The notes beneath the pieces were generated by a model, which was not told the origin of the DNA, made no database searches, and was given only the letters and a program-made list of their open reading frames with translations. Below, piece after piece: positions 1 to 10,376 of a stretch of 64,000 bases of DNA; the stretch's first letter is position 1; the number at the start of each line of letters is the position of its first letter. The stretch comes from the human T2T-CHM13v2.0 reference genome, Homo sapiens, in assembly GCF_009914755.1 (NCBI RefSeq), contig NC_060948.1, one strand, 5' to 3'. Both the position numbers and the translations under genes were made by a program.

Positions 1-310
1 CGGATAATAATGGTCTGGAGTGAAATGGACTGGAAAGGAATGGACTCAAATTGAAAGGGCTCGAAAGGAATGGGGTCAAATGTAATGGTCTGGAATGGAA
101 TGAACTCGAATGTAATGCAATCCAATAGAATGGAATCGAATGGAATGGAATATAAAGAAATGGAATCGAAGAGAATGGAAACAAATGGAATGGAATTGCA
201 TGGAATTGAATCGAATCGAATCGAATGTAATTGAACGGAAAAAATGCAACTGAATAGAATCGAAAACAATGGATTCGACTGGCATCTAATAGAATGAAAT
301 GGAATTCGTT

Positions 311-690
311 GAGGTGGAGTGGATTGTAATGGAGTTGAATGGAATGGGGTGTAATTGAATTGAATGGGGTGGAGTGGAGTGAACTGGAGTGGAATGGAAT
401 GGAATGGGCAGGCATGGAATTGAAAGGCGTGGAGTGGAGTGGAATTGAGAGGAGTGGAATGGAGTAGGGTGGATTGTAGTGGAGAGTATTGGAAAAGAGT
501 AGAGTGGAACGGAATGGAATGGAGTGGAGTGGAATGGAATGGAATTGAGTGAAGTGGAGTGGAGTGGAATGGAGAGTAATGGAGTGGAGTGGACTTGATT
601 GGAGTAGATAGCAGTGCATTGGACTGTACGGGATAGAAGTGGCTTGGAGTGCCATGGAGTGGAGTGGAATGGAATGGAATGGAGTGGAAT
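311..690 (+). repeat. GGAGT-rich subdomain of the 2.76 kb unit (first copy shown; present in every unit)
   Basis: Here GGAGT/GGGGT/AGAGT pentamers dominate and CGAAT pentamers are essentially absent, unlike the rest of the unit. Confidence 0.9.
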
Positions 691-1402
691 GGACTGGAAA
701 GGAATGGAATGGAATGGATTTAAATGGCAGGGAATCAAATCGAATTGAATCATATTGGAACAAGTTGAATCGACTGGAGGAAAGAAATCGAATGAAATCG
801 AACGGAATGAATGGAAGAGAGTGCAATGTTATAGAATGGAATGGAGACAGATGGAATGGAATGGAACAGAGAGCAATGGTATAGAATGCAATGGAATCAT
901 ATGGAATGGAATTGAATGGAATGGAATAATATGAAATGGAATGGAATGGAATGGAATGCCCTTGCATTAAATGGACTGGAATGGAATGGACTCGAACAGA
1001 GTGGAATGGAAAGCATTGAAATAGAATGGAATGGACTCCTTTGGAATGGTCTAGTATGGATGCAATCGACTGGCAGGGAATCAAAAGGAATGTAATCGAA
1101 TGGATTGGACTGGAATACAATGGACTCGAATAGATTGGAAACGGAATGCAATGGAATGGAATGGAATAGTATGGAATGGAATGGAATGGAATGGAGTGGA
1201 ATAGACTAGAGTGGAATGGAATGGACTCGAAAGCAATGGACTGGAATGGAACGGTCTTGAATGGACTGGAATCAAACGGAATGGAATGGAATGCAATGCA
1301 ATCAAATGGAATGGAATAAAATAGAATGAAAGAGAATCAAATGGAATTGAATCGAATGGAATCGAATGGATTGGAAAGGAATAGAATGGAATGGAATGGA
1401 AT

Positions 1403-1409
1403 TGACTCA
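1403..1409. promoter_or_regulatory. AP-1 consensus motif TGACTCA, once per unit, next to GGAATG (TEAD) motifs
   Basis: ggaatggaatTGACTCAaat at 1403-1409 and 4137-4143, and at the equivalent position of each unit inspected. This is a motif match only; there is no functional evidence. Confidence 0.35.
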
Positions 1410-2150
1410 AATGGAATGGACTAGAATGGAATGGAGTCGAATGGAAGGCAAAGGAATGGAATCTATTGGAATGGACTGTAATGGAATGGAATGGAAGGGA
1501 TTGGAATGGACTCGAATGGAATGGACTGCAATAGAAAGGATTCGAATGGAATGAAAAAGAATTTAATGGAATAGAACAGAATGGAATCAAATCGAATGAA
1601 ATGGAATGGAATAGAAAGGAATGGAATGAAATGGAATGGAAAGGATTCGAATGGAATGCAATCGAATGGAATGGAATCGAACGGAATGGAATAAAATGGA
1701 GGCAAACTGGCAAGAAATGGAATCGAAATGAATGGAGTGTTATGGAACGGACTCCAAAGGAATTTAATGTAATAGAATGGAGTGGAGTGGACTCGAATAT
1801 AATGGACTGGAATGGAATGGAATCACATGGAATGGGAACGAATGGAATGGAATGGAAAGGAATGGAATCGAATGGAAGGGAATGAAATTGAATCAACAGG
1901 AATGGAAGGGAATAGAATAGACTGTAATGCAATGGACTCGAATAGAAAGGACACGAATGCTCAAATTGAATGGACTCGAATGGAATGGAAACGAAAAGAA
2001 TGTCATCGAATGGAATTGAATCGATTGGAATGGAATCGCATAGAATGGAGAGGAATGAAATGGAATTGAATCGAATGGAAAGGAACCGAATGGACTGAAA
2101 TGAAATGGAATGGAATTGAATGGAAAGTAATGCACTGCAATAGAATGGAA

Positions 2151-2165
2151 CGAAATTTCACGGAA
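2151..2165. promoter_or_regulatory. Overlapping near-HSE (cGAAa tTTCa cGGAa) and STAT GAS-type motif (TTCACGGAA), once per unit
   Basis: The sequence cgaaatttcacggaa contains TTC-N3-GAA at 2157-2165 and two correctly spaced inverted nGAAn units plus a third with one mismatch. Motif match only. Confidence 0.3.
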
Positions 2166-5100
2166 TGGAATGAAACAGAATGGAATCAAATCAATGGAAT
2201 ATAATGAAATGGAATGGAATGGAATGGAAAGGAATTGAATGGAATAGATTGGATTGGAAGGGATTGGAATGCAATGGAATGGAAAGGACTCGAATTTCAT
2301 GAAACGGAATGGAATGAATTAGAATGGAATGGACTCGAATGGAATGGAATGTCATGGAATGGCATCAAATGGAATGGCATCAAATGGAAAGGAATCGAAT
2401 GCAATGGAATGTTATGGAATGGAATGGAATGTATTGGAATGGAATGTCCTCTAATGGAATGGATTCGAGTGGAATGGAATCGAATATAATGGAGTCGAAT
2501 GAAATGGAATTGAAAGGAATGGGATCGAATAGAATGGAATATACTGGAATGTAATGTAATGAAGTCGAATGTAATTGACTGGAATGGAATGTACATGAAT
2601 GGAATGCCATCGAATGGAACAGAATCTAATGCAATAAAACCGACTCAAATGGAATAGAATGTAATGGAATGGAGTGCAGTGCAATGGAATGGAATGGAAT
2701 GGAATGGAATGGAGTGGAATGGAATGGGATGGAATGGGATGGAATGGTATGGAACGGATAATAATGGTCTGGAGTGAAATGGACTGGAAAGGAATGGACT
2801 CAAATTGAAAGGGCTCGAAAGGAATGGGGTCAAATGTAATGGTCTGGAATGGAATGAACTCGAATGTAATGCAATCCAATAGAATGGAATCGAATGGAAT
2901 GGAATATAAAGAAATGGAATCGAAGAGAATGGAAACAAATGGAATGGAATTGTATGGAATTGAATTGAATCGAATCGAATGTAATTGAACGGAAAAAATG
3001 CAACTGAATAGAATCGAAAACAATGGATTCGACTGGCATCTAATAGAATGAAATGGAATGCGTTGAGGTGGAGTGGATTGTAATGGAGTTGAATGGAATG
3101 GGGTGTAATTGAATTGAATGGGGTGGAGTGGAGTGAACTGGAGTGGAATGGAATGGAATGGGCAGGCATGGAATTGAAAGGCGTGGAGTGGAGTGGAATT
3201 GAGAGGAGTGGAATGGAGTAGGGTGGATTGTAGTGGAGAGTATTGGAAAAGAGTGGAGTGGAACGGAATGGAATGGAGTGGAGTGGAATGGAATGGAATT
3301 GAGTGAAGTGGAGTGGAGTGGAATGGAGAGTAATAGAGTGGAGTGGACTTGATTGGAGTAGATAGCAGTGCATTGGACTGTACGGGATAGAAGTGGCTTG
3401 GAGTGCCATGGAGTGGAGTGGAATGGACTGGAAAGGAATGGAATGGAATGGATTTAAATGGCAGGGAATCAAATCGAATTGAATCATATTGGAACAAGTT
3501 GAATTGACTGGAGGAAAGAAATCGAATGAAATCGAATGGAATGAATGGAAGAGAGTGCAATGTTATAGAATGGAATGGAGACAGATGGAATGGAATGGAA
3601 CAGAGAGCAATGGTATAGAATGCAATGGAATCATATGGAATGGAATTGAATGGAATGGAATAATATGAAATGGAATGGAATGGAATGGAATGCCCTTGCA
3701 TTAAATGGACTGGAATGGAATGGACTCGAACAGAGTGGAATGGAAAGCATTGAAATAGAATGGAATGGACTCCTTTGGAATGGTCTAGTATGGATGCAAT
3801 CGACTGGCAGGGAATCAAAAGGAATGTAATCGAATGGATTGGACTGGAATACAATGGACTCGAATAGATTGGAAACGGAATGCAATGGAATGGAATGGAA
3901 TAGTATGGAATGGAATGGAATGGAATGGAGTGGAATAGACTAGAGTGGAATGGAATGGACTCGAAAGCAATGGACTGGAATGGAACGGTCTTGAATGGAC
4001 TGGAATCAAACGGAATGGAATGGAATGCAATGCAATCAAATGGAATGGAATAAAATAGAATGAAAGAGAATCAAATGGAATTGAATCGAATGGAATCGAA
4101 TGGATTGGAAAGGAATAGAATGGAATGGAATGGAATTGACTCAAATGGAATGGACTAGAATGGAATGGAGTCGAATGGAAGGCAAAGGAATGGAATCTAT
4201 TGGAATGGACTGTAATGGAATGGAATGGAAGGGATTGGAATGGACTCGAATGGAATGGACTGCAATAGAAAGGATTCGAATGGAATGAAAAAGAATTTAA
4301 TGGAATAGAACAGAATGGAATCAAATCGAATGAAATGGAATGGAATAGAAAGGAATGGAATGAAATGGAATGGAAAGGATTCGAATGGAATGCAATCGAA
4401 TGGAATGGAATCGAACGGAATGGAATAAAATGGAGGCAAACTGGCTAGAAATGGAATCGAAATGAATGGAGTGTTATGGAACGGACTCCAAAGGAATTGA
4501 ATGTAATAGAATGGAGTGGAGTGGACTCGAATATAATGGACTGGAATGGAATGGAATCACATGGAATGGGAACGAATGGAATGGAATGGAAAGGAATGGA
4601 ATCGAATGGAAGGGAATGAAATTGAATCAACAGGAATTGAAGGGAATAGAATAGACTGTAATGGAATGGACTCGAATAGAAAGGACACGAATGCTCAAAT
4701 TGAATGGAATCGAATGGAATGGAAACGAAAGGAATGTCATCGAATGGAATTGAATCGATTGGAATGGAATCGCATAGAATGGAGAGGAATCAAATGGAAT
4801 TGAATCGAATGGAAAGGAACCGAATGGACTGAAATGAAATGGAATGGAATTGAATGCAAAGTAATGCAATGCAATAGAATGGAACGAAATTTCACGGAAT
4901 GGAATGAAACAGAATGGAATCAAATCAAAGGAATATAATGAAATGGAATGGAATGGAATGGAAAGGAATTGAATGGAATAGTTTCGATTAGAAGGGATTG
5001 GAATGCAATGGAATGGAAAGGACTCGAATTTCATGAAACGGAATGGAATGAATTGGAATGGAATGGACTCGAATGGAATGGAATGTCATGGAATGGCATC

Positions 5101-8100
5101 AAATGGAATGGCATCAAATGGAATGGAATCGAATGCAATGGAATGTTATGGAATGGAATGGAATGTATTGGAATGGAATGTCCTCTAATGGAATGGATTC
5201 GAGTGGAATGGAATCGAATATAATGGAGTCGAATGAAATGGAATTGAAAGGAATGGGATCGAATAGAATGGAATATACTGGAATGTAATGTAATGAAGTC
5301 GAATGTAATTGACTAGAATGGAATGTACATGAATGGAATGCCATCGAATGGAACAGAATCTAATGCAATAAAACCGACTCAAATGGAATAGAATGTAATG
5401 GAATGGAGTGCAGTGCAATGGAATGGAATGGAATGGAATGGAATAGAGTGGAATGGAATGGGATGGAATGGGATGGAATGGTATGGAACGGATAATAATG
5501 GTCTGGAGTGAAATGGACTGGAAAGGAATGGACTCAAATTGAAAGGGCTCGAAAGGAATGGGGTCAAATGTAATGGTCTGGAATGGAATGAACTCGAATG
5601 TAATGCAATCCAATAGAATGGAATCGAATGGAATGGAATATAAAGAAATGGAATCGAAGAGAATGGAAACAATGGAATGGAATTGTATGGAATTGAATCG
5701 AATCGAATCGAATGTAATTGAACGGAAAAAATGCAACTGAATAGAATCGAAAACAATGGATTCGACTGGCATCTAATAGAATGAAATGGAATGCGTTGAG
5801 GTGGAGTGGATTGTAATGGAGTTGAATGGAATGGGGTGTAATTGAATTGAATGGGGTGGAGTGGAGTGAACTGGAGTGGAATGGAATGGAATGGGCAGGC
5901 ATGGAATTGAAAGGCGTGGAGTGGAGTGGAATTGAGAGGAGTGGAATGGAGTAGGGTGGATTGTAGTGGAGAGTATTGGAAAAGAGTGGAGTGGAACGGA
6001 ATGGAATGGAGTGGAGTGGAATGGAATGGAATTGAGTGAAGTGGAGTGGAGTGGAATGGAGAGTAATAGAGTGGAGTGGACTTGATTGGAGTAGATAGCA
6101 GTGCATTGGACTGTACGGGATAGAAGTGGCTTGGAGTGCCATGGAGTGGAGTGGAATGGACTGGAAAGGAATGGAATGGAATGGATTTAAATGGCAGGGA
6201 ATCAAATCGAATTGAATCATATTGGAACAAGTTGAATCGACTGGAGGAAAGAAATCGAATGAAATCGAATGGAATGAATGGAAGAGAGTGCAATGTTATA
6301 GAATGGAATGGAGACAGATGGAATGGAATGGAACAGAGAGCAATGGTATAGAATGCAATGGAATCATATGGAATGGAATTGAATGGAATGGAATAATATG
6401 AAATGGAATGGAATGGAATGGAATGCCCTTGCATTAAATGGACTGGAATGGAATGGACTCGAACAGAGTGGAATGGAAAGCATTGAAATAGAATGGAATG
6501 GACTCCTTTGGAATGGTCTAGTATGGATGCAATCGACTGGCAGGGAATCAAAAGGAATGTAATCGAATGGATTGGACTGGAATACAATGGACTCGAATAG
6601 ATTGGAAACGGAATGCAATGGAATGGAATGGAATAGTATGGAATGGAATGGAATGGAATGGAGTGGAATAGACTAGAGTGGAATGGAATGGACTCGAAAG
6701 CAATGGACTGGAATGGAACGGTCTTGAATGGACTGGAATCAAACGGAATGGAATGGAATGCAATGCAATCAAATGGAATGGAATAAAATAGAATGAAAGA
6801 GAATCAAATGGAATTGAATCGAATGGAATCGAATGGATTGGAAAGGAATAGAATGGAATGGAATGGAATTGACTCAAATGGAATGGACTAGAATGGAATG
6901 GAGTCGAATGGAAGGCAAAGGAATGGAATCTATTGGAATGGACTGTAATGGAATGGAATGGAAGAGATTGGAATGGACTCGAATGGAATGGACTGCAATA
7001 GAAAGGATTCGAATGGAATGAAAAAGAATTGAATGGAATAGAACAGAATGGAATCAAATCGAATGAAATGGAATGGAATAGAAAGGAATGGAATGAAATG
7101 GAATGGAAAGGATTCGAATGGAATGCAATCGAATGGAATGGAATCGAACGGAATGGAATAAAATGGAAGCAAACTGGCAAGAAATGGAATCGAAATGAAT
7201 GGAGTGTCATGGAACGGACTCAAAAGGAATTGAATGTAATAGAATGGAGTGGAGTGGACTCGAATATAATGGACTGGAATGGAATGGAATCACATGGAAT
7301 GGGAACGAATGGAATGGAATGGAAAGGAATGGAATCGAATGGAAGGGAATGAAATTGAATCAACAGGAATGGAAGGGAATAGAATAGACTGTAATGGAAT
7401 GGACTCGAATAGAAAGGACACGAATGCTCAAATTGAATGGACTCGAATGGAATGGAAACGAATGGAATGTCATCAAATGGAATTGAATCGATTGGAATGG
7501 AATCGCATAGAATGGAGAGGAATGAAATGGAATTGAATCGAATGGAAAGGAACCGAATGGACTGAAATGAAATGGAATGGAATTGAATGGAAAGTAATGC
7601 AATGCAATAGAATGGAACGAAATTTCACGGAATGGAATGAAACAGAATGGAATCAAATCAAAGGAATATAATGAAATGGAATGGAATGGAATGGAAAGGA
7701 ATTGAATGGAATAGATTGGATTGGAAGGGATTGGAATGCAATGGAATGGAAAGGACTCGAATTTCGTGAAACGGAATGGAATGAATTAGAATGGAATGGA
7801 CTCGAATGGAATGGAATGTCATGGAATGGCATCAAATGGAATGGCATCAAATGGAATGGAATCGAATGCAATGGAATGTTATGGAATGGAATGGAATGTA
7901 TTGGAATGGAATGTCCTCTAATGGAATGGATTCGAGTTTAATGGAATCGAATATAATGGAGTCGAATGAAATGGAATTGAAAGGAATGGGATCGAATAGA
8001 ATGGAATATACTGGAATGTAATGTAATGAAGTCGAATGTAATTGACTGGAATGGAATGTACATGAATGGAATGCCATCGAATGGAACAGAATCTAATGCA

Positions 8101-10361
8101 ATAAAACCGACTCAAATGGAATAGAATGTAATGGAATGGAGTGCAGTGCAATGGAATGGAATGGAATGGAATGGAATGGAGTGGAATGGAATGGGATGGA
8201 ATGGTATGGAACGGATAATAATGGTCTGGAGTGAAATGGACTGGAAAGGAATGGACTCAAATTGAAAGGGCTCGAAAGGAATGGGGTCAAATGTAATGGT
8301 CTGGAATGGAATGAACTCGAATGTAATGCAATCCAATAGAATGGAATCGAATGGAATGGAATATAAAGAAATGGAATCGAAGAGAATGGAAACAAATGGA
8401 ATGGAATTGTATGGAATTGAATCGAATCGAATCGAATGTAATTGAACGGAAAAAATGCAACTGAATAGAATCGAAAACAATGGATTCGACTGGCATCTAA
8501 TAGAATGAAATGGAATGCGTTGAGGTGGAGTGGATTGTAATGGAGTTGAATGGAATGGGGTGTAATTGAATTGAATGGGGTGGAGTGGAGTGAACTGGAG
8601 TGGAATGGAATGGAATGGGCAGGCATGGAATTGAAAGGCGTGGAGTGGAGTGGAATTGAGAGGAGTGGAATGGAGTAGGGTGGATTGTAGTGGAGAGTAT
8701 TGGAAAAGAGTGGAGTGGAACGGAATGGAATGGAGTGGAGTGGAATGGAATGGAATTGAGTGAAGTGGAGTGGAGTGGAAAGGAGAGTAATAGAGTGGAG
8801 TGGACTTGATTGGAGTAGATAGCAGTGCATTGGACTGTACAGGATAGAAGTGGCTTGGAGTGCCATGGAGTGGAGTGGAATGGAATGGAATGGAGTGGAA
8901 TGGACTGGAAAGGAATGGAATGGAATGGATTTAAATGGCAGGGAATCAAATCGAATTGAATCATATTGGAACAAGTTGAATCGACTGGAGGAAAGAAATC
9001 GAATGAAATCGAACGGAATGAATGGAAGAGAGTGCAATGTTATAGAATGGAATGGAGACAGATGGAATGGAATGGAACAGAGAGCAATGGTATAGAATGC
9101 AATGGAATCATATGGAATGGAATTGAATGGAATGGAATAATATGAAATGGAATGGAATGGAATGGAATGCCCTTGCATTAAATGGACTGGAATGGAATGG
9201 ACTCGAACAGAGTGGAATGGAAAGCATTGAAATAGAATGGAATGGACTCCTTTGGAATGGTCTAGTATGGATGCAATCGACTGGCAGGGAATCAAAAGGA
9301 ATGTAATCGAATGGATTGGACTGGAATACAATGGACTCGAACAGATTGGAAACGGAATGCAATGGAATGGAATGGAATAGTATGGAATGGAATGGAATGG
9401 AATGGAGTGGAATAGACTAGAGTGGAATGGAATGGACTCGAAAGCAATGGACTGGAATGGAACGGTCTTGAATGGACTGGAATCAAACGGAATGGAATGG
9501 AATGCAATGCAATCAAATGGAATGGAATAAAATAGAATGAAAGAGAATCAAATGGAATTGAATCGAATGGAATCGAATGGATTGGAAAGGAATAGAATGG
9601 AATGGAATGGAATTGACTCAAATGGAATGGACTAGAATGGAATGGAGTCGAATGGAAGGCAAAGGAATGGAATCTATTGGAATGGACTGTAATGGAATGG
9701 AATGGAAGGGATTGGAATGGACTCGAATGGAATGGACTGCAATAGAAAGGATTCGAATGGAATGAAAAAGAATTGAATGGAATAGAACAGAATGGAATCA
9801 AATCGAATGAAATGGAATGGAATAGAAAGGAATGGAATGAAATGGAATGGAAAGGATTCGAATGGAATGCAATCGAATGGAATGGAATCGAACGGAATGG
9901 AATAAAATGGAAGCAAACTGGCAAGAAATGGAATCGAAATGAATGGAGTGTCATCGAACGGACTCCAAAGGAATTGAATGTAATAGAATGGAGTGGAGTG
10001 GACTCGAATATAATGGACTGGAATGGAATGGAATCACATGGAATGGGAACGAATGGAATGGAATGGAAAGGAATGGAATCGAATGGAAGGGAATGAAATT
10101 GAATCAACAGGAATGGAAGGGAATAGAATAGACTGTAATGGAATGGACTCGAATAGAAAGGACACGAATGCTCAAACTGAATGGACTCGAATGGAATGGA
10201 AACGAAAGGAATGTCATCGAATGGAATTGAATCGATTGGAATGGAATCGCATAGAATGGAGAGGAATCAAATGGAATTGAATCGAATGGAAAGGAACCGA
10301 ATGGACTGAAATGAAATGGAATGGAATTGAATGCAAAGTAATGCAATGCAATAGAATGGAA

Positions 10362-10376
10362 CGAAATTTCACGAAA
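10362..10376. promoter_or_regulatory. Perfect three-unit heat shock element (cGAAa tTTCa cGAAa), private to U4
   Basis: acgaaatttcacgaaatgg at 10361-10379 matches nGAAnnTTCnnGAAn; the other units read cGGAa or cGGAg in the third position. Motif match only. Confidence 0.35.

Noticed and set aside
345-470. G-quadruplex in the G-rich subdomain
   Set aside because: The G3+ runs are separated by ~16-55 nt, and one is lost in core units. Only weak two-tier GG patterns remain, and these occur throughout the array.
742-1895. DUX4-like words (GAATTGAATCA, AAATTGAATCA)
   Set aside because: Both mismatch the TAA start of the DUX4 consensus and are expected by chance from pentamer variants.
1315-2638. 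AATAAA polyadenylation signals at 1315, 1690 and 2633 (repeated per unit)
   Set aside because: They arise easily from GGAAT followed by AAAAT-type variants. There is no clear downstream GU/U-rich element and no transcript evidence.
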